A DNA stretch of 63,855 nucleotides, filler included, from Sanchytrium tribonematis (GCA_018985235.1; 16 parts of 16 records of this genome joined end to end with filler, not necessarily neighbours in it); one strand, 5' to 3'; counted from the first letter of the whole stretch, positions 44,577-57,021 are shown. Translations and numbers: made by a program. Notes: generated by a model from the sequence alone, not told the origin.

Positions 44577-46640
44577 TTACAAATCAAATCCTTGAATCAA
44601 TTTGTGTCTAAGCAACAAGTTTTTGAAATATTTTCTGTCAAAAAACTCTTTAAGTGTAATATAACCGCCACCTACTCTCACCATCACATCAGGACCACGA
44701 AGTTTAATGTTGATAATCTTGGTATCGCTAGCATCGAATCTGTATTTTCCGTGTGCTAGAAATGTGATAGGAAATGTGAGAAGCATCGAATTGACTGACT
44801 TTGCAAATGATATGTCCAATGGATCCTTCACATTTGGTTTATAAATGTAATAAGTAATATTAAATGCTCGATCTTGAATTCTTTCGGATTTTCCTAGCAC
44901 TGGTTTCCGCATGCTTTGAACAAATCTTGTATGGTAATCTAGGGTTTGAGAAGAATCAAATTTGATATTTCTTAGCCTTCGAGGTATGCTTCTATTATAA
45001 GACGATGGATTAGATATTGTGTCAGACATGGCTTCGTTTTGTAGTGAAGGAATTCGAAAACTGACTTTCTTTCTAAGTTTCTTTTCCTCTTTATCTATCA
45101 ATTTATGAAAATCAACATTTTTTGAAATTTGCAAGTTGCTTTTAAATATTCCAATTTCGCTGATAATTTGGCCGAGCAAATCTGTCAATTCATTGTCTTC
45201 TAGTTTTTCCAATCTTTCACCAATCTTATCAATCTTTACTTTTATGTCCATGTAGTTTCGAAGCATGTCATCTTCATATTGTTCCATTTTAAGCACATTG
45301 GAGATAATGCTATTTATCAGATCCTTATCCGCAGGATTCTCGGAAGCAACAGATGTATTAGTGGAAATGTTAGTTTGATTTGCCGTTGCATTAACTCCAG
45401 TATTAGTTCTCATAGATTTGGGTATATATCTTATTGTCGAACTACTGGTGGAAATTGACTTTTCATCACTACCAGCAAAGGCTGAATCAGCTAGATCGTA
45501 TTTTGGGTACTCAATTACAGGAGATGTTAACATGGTGTTCCTCGTGGGAATTGACGATTTCAATTCCAAATTGGGAATGCATTTCTCAGTTCGTAGATTG
45601 TTTTCAACAACCTTTTGATCTGACAGTCCATCAACGAGAGATTCGGATTCTGACAACAAATTAGTTGAGACTGTTGAACAAGGAGACTGGTTCTGACTTT
45701 TTGCAATCGCATTACCAACGGGATTTGTTTGGCGATTTAATTCAGTATCATTTTCTAATGAATCTTCCGTATTGTTTACGTCCACAGAAAACAAGTTAGA
45801 TTCCTTAGGTTGAGAATACGAGCCGTTCCCAGTCTGATTGGAGTCAAAAGGGGTCATTATTTGTTGATCGATCCCAATACCGGTACTTTTGGTGTGAAAA
45901 TTGTCGTCATCTTTAATTTTTTCAAAAGTATCAGCGTCGTAAGTAAAATGGATTTGCTCTAAATTATTGATTTGCATATCGCCTACTTCATTTGCACTGC
46001 CTTTCGGTGAATCAACATCAACGTTTTTAAGTTTCCTACTTAGACTTTTACTTTCATCAATTTTTAATGATGTGGAGTTAGAAAAGTCATTTTTTAAACC
46101 CAGATTTACATCCAACACTTCCAAATTGCGAGAATCTGTGCTTGTTGAATTTAATTGCAAAACTGTATCTAATTTCTCAAATTCTTGTTTTGGCTGATCC
46201 ATAACGCTTACCTCACCTAATTTCAAATCGTTATTGTTCCTAATATCTAAGTTTTCGACAGATGATTGAGTTGATTTGCTCAACCCGCGTGTATCATTTG
46301 AGATGAATTGAGATTCTGGCTTTACATAGTTAATTGCGCTTAAATCTAATTCGGGCTCTTTATCTGCCGATTTTATATTTTCAAAAGTCGATAACGATTC
46401 TTTTTCACTAAGGTCTTCCAATATAGGGCGAGAATTTGAATCTAAAATTTGCGTTTCGTGGGTAAAATCTGTTGAGGCTATTTGTTCAACTGGACTCGGT
46501 TCTTCCGAACGAGACGAGATTGATTTGGTTGATTGATCCAAATAGGGCTCATTGTCAACGTCATTACTCAAACTTAATGAATTTTGGTTTTCAATGAATA
46601 CTTTGTCAGCAGAAAATTGAGATTCTTTTTCATCGGCATT
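44577..46640 (-). CDS. GAS2/GAR-domain protein with long low-complexity region (5' partial)
   Basis: C-terminal DPLD...GKYRF...VMVRVGGGYITLKEFF. Confidence 0.85.
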   Translation of the reverse strand, partial: NADEKESQFSADKVFIENQNSLSLSNDVDNEPYLDQSTKSISSRSEEPSPVEQIASTDFTHETQILDSNSRPILEDLSEKESLSTFENIKSADKEPELDLSAINYVKPESQFISNDTRGLSKSTQSSVENLDIRNNNDLKLGEVSVMDQPKQEFEKLDTVLQLNSTSTDSRNLEVLDVNLGLKNDFSNSTSLKIDESKSLSRKLKNVDVDSPKGSANEVGDMQINNLEQIHFTYDADTFEKIKDDDNFHTKSTGIGIDQQIMTPFDSNQTGNGSYSQPKESNLFSVDVNNTEDSLENDTELNRQTNPVGNAIAKSQNQSPCSTVSTNLLSESESLVDGLSDQKVVENNLRTEKCIPNLELKSSIPTRNTMLTSPVIEYPKYDLADSAFAGSDEKSISTSSSTIRYIPKSMRTNTGVNATANQTNISTNTSVASENPADKDLINSIISNVLKMEQYEDDMLRNYMDIKVKIDKIGERLEKLEDNELTDLLGQIISEIGIFKSNLQISKNVDFHKLIDKEEKKLRKKVSFRIPSLQNEAMSDTISNPSSYNRSIPRRLRNIKFDSSQTLDYHTRFVQSMRKPVLGKSERIQDRAFNITYYIYKPNVKDPLDISFAKSVNSMLLTFPITFLAHGKYRFDASDTKIINIKLRGPDVMVRVGGGYITLKEFFDRKYFKNLLLRHKLIQGFDL

Positions 46641-46740
46641 NNNNNNNNNNNNNNNNNNNNNNNNNNNNNNNNNNNNNNNNNNNNTTAATTAATTAANNNN
46701 NNNNNNNNNNNNNNNNNNNNNNNNNNNNNNNNNNNNNNNN

Positions 46741-48761
46741 AACCTGAGCTCACTAGCGTCAATAAATCCAATTAATTGTTTGCGATTGATCAAGATGGGA
46801 AATCCACTGTCAGCAAAACCGAGTTGTTCATGATCCTTTAGCAATAGTATCAAGGATCTTACTGAATTTGATAGTCTACAGTCTATAAATCGCATTGAAT
46901 CCAACATGACTTCATTTATGAATGGCTCTGTGGTCTCATTTATTTCTAAATTTTTCTCTGATCTATTTGTTCTAAGGTTGGCCCCTCTTTTATAATTTAA
47001 AGGTTGTTCGATTGAGAAATTCAATTGATTTCCATCAGTCTTTTCATTGGCACGCTCGTCAATAATTTTGGGATTAAGATATGGTAATCGGCTTACTCTA
47101 ATTAGCCTTTCAATGAGAGATAGCTTATTAAAAAAATTGGCTGTCCAATTGGCAATTAAGCTTGATAACATGATAGGAAGCACAAATGTAAGACTACCGG
47201 TAAGCTCATAAAATATTACAACAGATGAGATTGACATTCGGGTCACCCCCGACAGGGTAGCGGCGGCGCCTATTAGTGAGTATGAACCTAAAGAAATGCA
47301 GGGCGTTGAAGGATCGCAAAAGTTTAAATATCCGATTCTTTTAAATAGAAATTCAAAGATATTCCCAATTATGCGGCCCATTAAGCTTCCAATCATCATG
47401 GTCGGCAAAAATGTGCCACCAGGAACTTTGCAACCTGTAGTTACGCCAAATAGAAATGCTTTTGCCAAAAACGCATAGCCAAGATAAAATATTTGAGAAG
47501 ATTGTGCTTGACCTTTACAAATCAGATCATCCCGAGCTTCGGTACAATTTTGAAATAAATCGGATAAAAGCGCTGGTATGGATAATCTTGTGATCTGAAA
47601 AGGAAAGCAAAGAACTGAAGTCAAGATACATAATAACACCACTTCCATGACTTCGTGACTCTTAAAAATTTTGCGCCTTATTCTTGACAAATAAATAATT
47701 AGATCATTAAACACAGCACCAAATAGTCCACCAAAAAAGCCCAAAAGAGCAAAAGGTACTAGCTCAATGAAAGTAAATCTATGTTCTTGGTTCAATTGAA
47801 ACATCACAAGATGATTTTTGTTCAAATTGAAGACCCTGACTGTGAAGGCAGCTATCATTGACGAAAAATAAGATCGGATCATCGTTTTGGAAGGAAAATA
47901 AAACGATGTCTCTTCTAAACTATACAAAATACCACCTATAGGAGAACCAAAGGCGGCTGAGACACCTACAGTGCTCGCGCAGCTTAAAAGCTCACGTTTT
48001 TTGCCCTCATTGTTCTTGTATTTACTCGAATAACGCGCTAATATATTGCCAATACAACAGCTTATATGAATGAGAGGGCCTTGAATGGAAAGAACCAACC
48101 CGCTCGAGACTGCAAACAACAATCCAAAAAATTTAACAAACAAAGTTCGGGTTCCAAGATAGCCTCTTATAACAAAGCCAGACAATATAGTTTTCAATTC
48201 TGGTAATCCACTCCCGGATCCATAAGGCATCACGACTTCTTCGCCTTGATCAGTGGGCTTTTTGTATGCAAACTCCATGGTCAGGGACACTGCCAGGAAC
48301 CCGAATAGAACAGAAAATACAAGATAAATACCAAAGTCAACTAAATTTGAATTGATATTTTTAAATAATCTTAAACTCGACCAGGTTTTCCACTCTTCAC
48401 AATTACCGATAAGTACATTGCAACATTTTAGCTGGTGAAGAAAAAGACTTTTGCTACAATACCCCGACTTGAAATCGGAGAGATAAATTGCAGAATAGCT
48501 TAAAATTGCTTGAACAAGTCCAACTGCTATTCCTAAAATAAATAATATGAGCCATACGTGAATTTCTTTCCATAACCACTGAAGACTTGAGTTTGTGGGT
48601 TGCTTCGCTTGCTGGCGGTAGGCAAGTGAATCTTGAAACCAGTCAATTGAGGAAAAATCGACATAGTCTACTTTCCGACCGTGAGTTGCAGTTATATTTT
48701 GATTTGGATTCAAGTTTCTTTCTTTTCGGACCACATTCTGCGTGATGCTGTATCTGTGCAT
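46741..48761 (-). CDS. CLC chloride channel/transporter (Gef1/ClC-3-like, 3' partial)
   Basis: GSGLPE.KTILSGF, SIQGP (for GKEGP), AFGSPIGG.L.SLEE, PGGTFLP, GVTRM and start of a CBS domain. Confidence 0.93.
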
Positions 48762-48917
48762 CCAACAGTGAGTGTCAACAAATCTCAATGTGTCAAAAAT
48801 TAAATCTAATTTAATTTATTGGATGAATTATTGACTGTACGGAAACTTTACGTTAAAATAAATTTTGCAGTTCTTTCAGAGGCTCTGTTTTTTTAAAAGC
48901 TCACTCTTATTAAAGAT

Positions 48918-49515
48918 TTAAAAATTTTTAAATTTACTCTTTGGAAGGCGTGTCTTCCTTTTAGAAGTAGGCATTTGCGGCTCGGCAGTTTCGTTGTTTT
49001 TGAGATTTAGATTTTGATTTTTATACAACATCTTGAGCCTTTCTAATCTTCCAGGGATCCTGCTATTTATAAGAAACCAACCTTCAAATTGTTCGTGAGT
49101 CCAATTTAATTCTTTTAAAATGCGCCTTCGATTTGCGCTACTTCTTGCATCTTTGTGAAAAAAACCCTCGCCTTCTAAAATTAGAATTTTCAACAATTTC
49201 TTGTCAACCGAATTTGAATCCTCCGGTCTTGATTGCTCGCTGTATTTGTACTCAAAGTCATGGAAATCCAAATCCCCCAAAGTGTCAATCAATTCCTCAA
49301 AATTGGCTTCACGCTCGTCATCGTACATACCGCAGTCTTGGTAGTTGAGAACAGATTTTTTGACGTCCTCTGGAACTGCTGAAGAAATCTCTTTTTCCAT
49401 TAAAATTCTGGTCTCATTTGCTTTTAATGGTTTCAATACACTAAAATTCTCAGGTAGCGGAGGAAAATTTTGTTCTAACCCAGCATTAACTAAGCGCTCC
49501 ACATCCTCACTGAAG
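48918..49515 (-). CDS. ASCC2/Cue3-like C-terminus (5' partial)
   Basis: YDDE acidic motif and ARSSANRRRILKELNWTHEQFEGW. Confidence 0.6.
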
Positions 49516-49615
49516 NNNNNNNNNNNNNNNNNNNNNNNNNNNNNNNNNNNNNNNNNNNNTTAATTAATTAANNNNNNNNNNNNNNNNNNNNNNNNNNNNN
49601 NNNNNNNNNNNNNNN

Positions 49616-50420
49616 TGAATACTTAGAGTACGTACTTGATTTATATGGCAAAAGTATTAAAAATATCGATTTTATGACATTTGACTATTTGCTCCGTTAA
49701 TACATGTATTTCTGGATTGTCCACAGTTCCAATGATTGAATGCGCAAGCCATAGATTTAATTTAGCAGTAGAAAGATATTTGGAGCAGCACATGCCATTA
49801 TTATCAGTTGTTCACGAGTTGATGAAGGTAAAAATTAATAATTTAGAAGCTTAAGACATTGAAGAAATCTGCTGCTCTTCGCAAGAAAACAAATCTTAAA
49901 CCAATAGGCTTCAACGATAGAAGACGATACCTTAGAAACGACTTTGAGATTGCTATTCTGTTCCCAATCCGGAACAACGTACTCTCTTATTAGAATTACT
50001 TGATCATTTAAAAAAATTTGAAAGTGTAACAAAGAAGCTACAAGAGGAAATGTTGACACTTATTGATGTACGTGCATTGTTTGATGGCATTATTGCTTTG
50101 TAACCATCGATGGTATCTCATTTGTCTCCTTCATTCAAAAATGCTGTTGTGAAAGTACTGGATAACGAAGAGGAAAAGCTTATCGATGAGGAAAAACTGG
50201 TTTTAAAACCATTTTTATTACGCGATGATGTTGTAGAAGTAGTTGAAGTTGAAAAGATAAAGTTTGCTGATGGTTTAATTTAACAAAAGAAAAAAAGATT
50301 TAATACTACTAATTATATTGACTTAAGCTTTATTCCTGCTACATCTAACTTGGTGGAGCGCTTGTTTAGCAAAACAAAGCGTGTACTGACAGATTTGCGG
50401 CAAGCAATGTACAAGTAAAT
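49616..50420 (+). mobile_element. decayed hAT-like transposase
   Basis: Stop- and frameshift-ridden frame ending FIPATSNLVERLFSKTKRVLTDLRQAM (hAT dimerisation motif). Confidence 0.7.
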
Positions 50421-51110
50421 TAAAAATAATTTATTTAGATATCTAGCTTATTTATTGCTTCTATCAAATGGTGATCAATAGATTTAAATAATATTTAAGG
50501 GAGCTCTGCATGGTGATAGGGCTGCCAGTTGGCGAATTGGAGATTGGCCAGACTCCGCTGGAGGGGTAGGATCTTCACAATCCTTGCTACAGTGAGTTTT
50601 GAAATTTTAGTCTTTTGAAAATGTAATGTGCATCGCATCTATATTTCCAACATTTACAATCAATATGTCAATGAAACATGGTACAACGCAATTTGATTTT
50701 GGCTTTAAATTACTTTGATTTATGAAATACAAACAGATAGAATGAAGCTCATTCGAAACTAATATATCTTATATTATCTCCTTTGTAACTTTGATACTCC
50801 TGAGAGTGTTTCTAAAATATTTTTTCCAATCCGTGGAGTGTTCCAAACTTCATAGTACAATCAGCATTTATCGGACCAATAAAGTCAATCCATGATATTT
50901 TTTGCCAAATGTTCTGGAGAGTGCACAAATAACTCTCATTTTTCATTTCTTTTCTCCTTTTTGTCAACAAATCTAATTTTAAGAAGTAAAACGGATATTA
51001 ATTACTTAGATGAGAATCTAGCGCGATTATCTTGTTGAAATAAAGGGTCATTGTCTCTATGGTTGATGTAATCACCCTTCAATGAACTCATAAACCAGTC
51101 CCTGATTCAA

Positions 51111-51600
51111 TCACTTACACCAATTTCTGGCTCCATTATTGTTAATTACTGTTGTGGGTGGTGTATCTCGTAATTTACCACTGTTTGAACGATAGGTGCT
51201 ATTGCCAATCAAAGCAATTGCCAATGCATTTCTCAAATCTTTGCCATTTATAGAATTACCCATTAACAACTTGAAAATGACTTGAAAATTACTCAAAATC
51301 ATGTTTAAATAGAATAGAAATACAGGGATCCACCACTTCTTATGTCTCATGGAGTAATTGCTTATTTTCAATTCAGCAACATTAACACCACCCATTTGAG
51401 ACGAATAGAAAATTGATGCTGGTGGATTGGGCATCACTTCGTGACCCTGTAAAACGGATATACCCATCTGTGTTGCTTGTCTATAACTATATCTCTTGCT
51501 CACATTTAATAAATTATTGTTCATCAACTCATAAATGTTTGTTAGAAAAATCTCTGTTGTCCGATCATTGTATTTAATTACTGCTTCGCGATCATTTAGC
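51111..51600 (-). mobile_element. decayed piggyBac-like transposase C-terminal part
   Basis: YSSQMGGVNVAE...YSMRHKKWWIPVF matches the piggyBac YN..MGGVD..D.....Y.....KW motif with the Asp residues lost; upstream KYND....FLTN segment. Confidence 0.65.
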
Positions 51601-52489
51601 CGTACTGTTGATGCAAATAAATGTTTGTGCTGGTCCTTGTTTACGTATTATGGGGTATTATTACATCCCACCAGTTGCTTTAGGGACTATCAAATTCAGC
51701 AAAAGTACAAGCCTTACCTAAAAAACCAGAGAGGACACTCTATTTAATAAATTCATTTTGCAAATCTCGAGACAGTTGATCAAAACTGTTTCACCCTAGA
51801 TAAAAATCTACAGAAAAAAAAATTTCGGCACGAAGGAAATATTATTCAAAGACGAATTTAAGATATTTGGGCCCAAAAATAGAATGTAAATTTTTGAATG
51901 AACCAAATGAATTCCATCACTCATAAGGACCGAATGAATTGAGAGGCTTTTTTTATTCAATATTCCGTATTTGAATCATTATCAAATAATCAAATCTTGT
52001 ATATTCAATGTTCACTAATCGGCATGAAAGAAGATAACGTCAATTACATGTTTTTACTCGGAAACTTGGTATTATTTTACATTTTCTGGCCCATGCAAAT
52101 AGTATCAGTGAGATGAAGATGCATTTTGGCGCATGTGGAGTGACAATTTGTTCTTCAATTTAAATTTTTCAGAATTATTATAACACGCATTTTTTGGTAA
52201 TATGTCTATAAGTATCTATGATGTTGCTATTTGGAACGCCGAAAACATCAGATTTATAACCGCTGTGGTATTAATGGCTTTTGTTTTATCGAATCACCGA
52301 GTTTAAATGGAAATATTAGTTCTATAACTGAAGAGAAGCATTCATTTATTGTTTCAACGTGTTCTCCGTGCAGATGTCATCTTACGCCANNNNNNNNNNN
52401 NNNNNNNNNNNNNNNNNNNNNNNNNNNNNNNNNTTAATTAATTAANNNNNNNNNNNNNNNNNNNNNNNNNNNNNNNNNNNNNNNNNNNN

Positions 52490-53208
52490 TCCGCATTGTC
52501 ACAAAAAAGTGCAACTGCTCAAGTGCGAGCTCACCCATGCCTCTAAAATCTGTACTAGGATCTTGCCCTTGAAAACCTATGTTATATAAATGTACCTAAG
52601 AATAGCCACTGATTGGTTTTACGGTTGGTAAGCGTTTCTGGACTAAGGGCTTCCCATATCTCCATAAGTTTTATTTCGTGATGTTTGTTATCTTTGTTGT
52701 ATTTAGTATTCACCATCGCATCAATAACAAATAGTGTCTGGTTGATTTTATGCATTATAAAGAGAGTGTGGTAAAGAATTAGAGCATGGGGACTATTAAT
52801 TGCACCCTTGCCGGGAAGTTTCTTCTTAAACGCTATTGCCTGAGATAATTCTAGTATAGAGCATTCAGCAGATTCAAGGTAGCTACGCTCCAAATGCAAT
52901 TCCTTGCTATAAAATAAGCTGTGGTCGATTTTAATCATAGTTGAAATAGTAGGAATCAAATCTGGTGATTTATAATCCTTTTCTTTCTGAAGTTGTTTCT
53001 CGATGATGCGGAGTAATGCACTTGTCATTGTTGATATATTGTAAAGCATCTTGAAACTTTTATAAATTCTAACCATAATATCTGATTGCCAATACTTGGA
53101 AATTAAAACTGCCTTGACCTGGGTAGGTAGTATATGATAAATCTTTAATATAAATAAACACTGCGTGTAAATTATGGCAATGTATATGTTTGCAATCAGT
53201 CTAAACAT
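52490..53208 (-). CDS. ELMO-domain protein (ELMOD-like; 3' partial, one intron)
   Basis: HEIKLMEIW...QWLFLG|FQGQDPSTDFRGMGELAL after splicing. Confidence 0.9.
52577..52595 (-). other. 19-nt spliceosomal intron (ELMOD)
   Basis: gtacatttatataacatag; restores GFQGxDPxTDFRG. Confidence 0.95.
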
Positions 53209-53243
53209 TTTTGGATTTCCCCTGTGTATCACATTTTTATATA

Positions 53244-55262
53244 ATGAGCGATTTTTCATCATATAATGTTGAAGTCATTAAAAAAGGGTGGATATATAAA
53301 AAAGGAATGTTATGGAAGTCGAAATATTGTACAATTGTAGATTTGGAAGGCTCATTTTTCTTGAACTTGTTTTCAGATCAAATGGATGGAAATCCCGGCG
53401 CTATAATACCATTGAATGAGAAAGTGGAATTAGAAGTTCTGTCTCAGACCAATAATATGCTGGAAAGAATTTACCCGTTTAAAATTATCAGCCAAGCCCA
53501 GGCGCATTTATTGGCAACTAAAAGTGCTAAGGAGAGAGAAGAATTTATTTTAGCTATTAACAGAATTATTAGCTCGAGAGAAAAAAATTCCAATTCAGTA
53601 TTGACGAATCGAGATAGCGCAGCAAGACTATCTGAAGTCAAATTGAATGACTCCTCTGATTCAATAGAATCACACATTACCAAATTTTGCGAGATAGCGC
53701 AGATTGATGCTCATGAAAGCTGGGATGCCGAATATCAAAATTTGAAAGACAATTTTCTACAAGATAAGAGTAACGAAACGCTGACTGCACTTCATCAATT
53801 AAAATTTCGATTCAGATTAGCTCTGGAGCATTTTGGAAAATTATTGATTGATAGATTATTCACGTCCCCCATATTAAAAAATTCAGAAAATGGATGGCTA
53901 ATTGGTCAGCTTTTCTTTTATTTAGCTTGTGATTACCACAATGATGATAAGGATACTATATTAGAGTCTCATAAAAGAATCAACATTGAGTTGTCGAGCA
54001 ACGGCTTTTTTTCCAGCACAGAGACAAATTTAAAAAGTGCGTTAATGGGGACTGTCAGCTACCGAGGTTTCAAAATTGTAGGATATGCAATTTTACCCTT
54101 TAAAAATTCGAAGTTGATACACAATTCAACCACCTCAAGTCCAGAATTTGTGTCTGGACTTAATAGAGCCTTAATTTCCTTGAATATTAAACCATATTCC
54201 ACATCAAGCAACAATTATCCTAACATTGAAGCTTACGAGAGCAAGAATCATACATACGTAGTCAACTTAAATGACATTCTCCCAAGAATAACAGTTGGAG
54301 GAACCTTGAAGACCACCCGCCCCGAATTTTTGCTCAAATTGAAACACGTTTGCGATCAAGATAATGTGAAAAAAACTGACCAATTTGTACATCGCGAATT
54401 GTTAGATAAGATTATACCAGAATTTGTGATTTTGTTAGACACTCTAGTGTATAAACCACTGGATTGTGAACATTTGACAGATCTGATGCATGGATTTGGC
54501 ATAAATGTTTGCTTCTTAGGAGAGATTGCTAGAAGATCTAGAATTCCGTTTATACGAGATCTTTGTACGGTAGAGATGGTAAGCAGAGCCTTTAAATCAG
54601 TCTTAAATGAGAAGCTTAGAACGCAAATAATTACATTTTACAATATGGGAGCCTCTCAAATCGACATTGAGATTTCTAAAATAGTAGTCCAGTTGTTCAA
54701 CAATCTATGCATCCACTCTAAAGAATCCCTTAAATTCTGGAGAGATATTCTTCAAAGTCATATTTTGAAGAAGTTTCAATTTGAAATTTCAGAAAATGAT
54801 ATCATGTCTTTGAGTAGAACAAGTATATTTTTCACTGTTCAAGAAAAGACTGGGGTACAATTTAAAAACCATTCATTTATGAGTGTAATTGAAAATCAAC
54901 TACTTCACGTTGATGACTTTGATAATTTCATCCCGATTTCACGACTGAGCCGAGAATACTTCTCGCAAATATTATCTGATTTTCACTTCGGAAGCGAACA
55001 CATTCCTTCACATTCTACCGTTAAATTTCTCAAAAAGTCCAACAGACTGGCAAGAGATTATATTTTGAAGGCGGAAAATGAGTTAAGGCTCGAAAGAGCA
55101 TTTATGGCGAAACAATTTATCTCATTGAGTTTACATCTAGCACACGAAACTTCATCAACATTTGCAATCGCTCAAGCCTTTAATTCTTTAGTTCATATCA
55201 TAGAAAATGAGCCAGTTAAAAATTTAAATTCAACAGTTGAGTCTACATTACAAATTGTTGAA
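53244..55262 (+). CDS. PH domain + CLU-domain protein (3' partial)
   Basis: KKGWIYKKG..WK PH domain; SYRGFKI, RPEFL, MHGFGINVCFLG and EMVSRAFK CLU-central motifs. Confidence 0.8.
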
Positions 55263-55362
55263 NNNNNNNNNNNNNNNNNNNNNNNNNNNNNNNNNNNNNN
55301 NNNNNNTTAATTAATTAANNNNNNNNNNNNNNNNNNNNNNNNNNNNNNNNNNNNNNNNNNNN

Positions 55363-57015
55363 AATTCCATTAGAGAAGATGTGCAGGCACTTTCTGATTC
55401 TGTGAGTCGCTGTGTTCCTATCAATTTTTATATTTTATTTGTTTTAACTGCATTTGTCTTTGCTGTTTTAGTCATAAGATTCATTGCTGCATTGATTTAT
55501 ATTTATTATAGTGAACCACGATTAATTGCGTACAAAGATGCCAATGTGAAATCAACAGCTCCAATTTTGATTTATTTGCCAATCCAGGATGAAACAGAGG
55601 AAGAATTGCAAAAATCACTCAATTCACTAGCCAATACTTCTTATGACCACAATAGCAAATTATTAGTGAGTATTATCGATGGATCATCACTAAAAGAAGA
55701 TGCTACAAGTCAAATATTCATGAAATTATTGGATTTGGATAGAACACTCCCAACAGTTCCCATGGAGTATATCAGCATCAATAATGAATTGAATAGAGCA
55801 CAAATATACACAGGTACCTATAAAAGTGATTTAAAACAATCCCTCAAAGTCGTGCTAGTCATCAAATGTGGGAAAGTCTCTGAAAATACTGAAAATGATC
55901 AAGTATTGGGTAGAAGTGGCGTATATGACTCTAATCTCATTATCACACAATATCTAAGTCGAATTCACAATAATACAAAGTTGAATCCACTTGAAATTGA
56001 TTTACACTCTAAAATCAATTTATTCAAAAATGGCAATTTATTCAAATTCATTTATTTCACCCATTCTTCTGCTTTAATTGAATGTGATGTATTTGATAAA
56101 ATGACTAATGCATTTAAAAACAATCTCAAGTTGTTATCTGTCAGTGGATCCCCTAAATTACAAGAATCTCCTGAATTTACGTGGTGGTCCAAATTGCAAT
56201 TATTTCATCAATTTATAAAAAAAACACTTTATTCTAGTAACAATCTACTATCTACGAACACCCAATTGCCATCAGAATGCACCATGTTCAGAATTAAAGC
56301 ATCTAAAGTCATTGATGATGAAATCGTGTTTGATCCCATTTTTGCAAAATCACCTATTTCAACCAAATTTGCAAAAAGACCCAACCAATTGAGTGATTTC
56401 AATCAAATCAGATACGATTTTCATTATTTAACCCATTTGACTCAAAATCAATTTATAACTCGAAAACAAGTCATTTTATCCAATGTGGAATATTCTCACA
56501 CATATCCCAGCACATTTAAAGCATTTTTACACCATCAACGTGTACTAAATGCCAATATTTTAGCCAATTGGAATCTGGGATGGTTTGGATTCTCAAATTC
56601 AATTTCACTCATTCTAAAGCCACTCATCTTTATAGCTGCTTTTATTTGCATCATACGAGCTATTATTCAATTTGTCATGACATATTCACTCCCTACACAC
56701 TATATTTTACCAGTAGTTTTGCTTTTATTGATCATTTATTTACCAATGATTTTAAGCATTTTTATCAATATTAAATCACCTATTAACAAATATTCATGGA
56801 TATATTTCATTAGTATTCCCATTTATAATGTATTGGTGCCAATTCATAGCATGTGGACCATGGATCATGCAAATGAAAATGAATCACTTATTTTAAAAGA
56901 ACAAGAAGAAGAAGTTGACCATCATTTGTTGAGTGTATGGCAAAGTGATTCTAAATATGAGAAATATGTAAGTGAGCGTAAAGATGGATTATGGACGAGG
57001 ATGTTTGGAAAATAA
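55363..57015 (+). CDS. chitin synthase homolog with degenerate catalytic motifs (5' partial)
   Basis: SLNSLANTSY, IIDG, NRAQIYTG.Y, VVLVIKCG, LPSECTMFRIK and LVPIHSMWTMD follow the division-2 CHS layout. Confidence 0.85.
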   Translation, partial: NSIREDVQALSDSVSRCVPINFYILFVLTAFVFAVLVIRFIAALIYIYYSEPRLIAYKDANVKSTAPILIYLPIQDETEEELQKSLNSLANTSYDHNSKLLVSIIDGSSLKEDATSQIFMKLLDLDRTLPTVPMEYISINNELNRAQIYTGTYKSDLKQSLKVVLVIKCGKVSENTENDQVLGRSGVYDSNLIITQYLSRIHNNTKLNPLEIDLHSKINLFKNGNLFKFIYFTHSSALIECDVFDKMTNAFKNNLKLLSVSGSPKLQESPEFTWWSKLQLFHQFIKKTLYSSNNLLSTNTQLPSECTMFRIKASKVIDDEIVFDPIFAKSPISTKFAKRPNQLSDFNQIRYDFHYLTHLTQNQFITRKQVILSNVEYSHTYPSTFKAFLHHQRVLNANILANWNLGWFGFSNSISLILKPLIFIAAFICIIRAIIQFVMTYSLPTHYILPVVLLLLIIYLPMILSIFINIKSPINKYSWIYFISIPIYNVLVPIHSMWTMDHANENESLILKEQEEEVDHHLLSVWQSDSKYEKYVSERKDGLWTRMFGK

Positions 57016-57021
57016 TAAATT

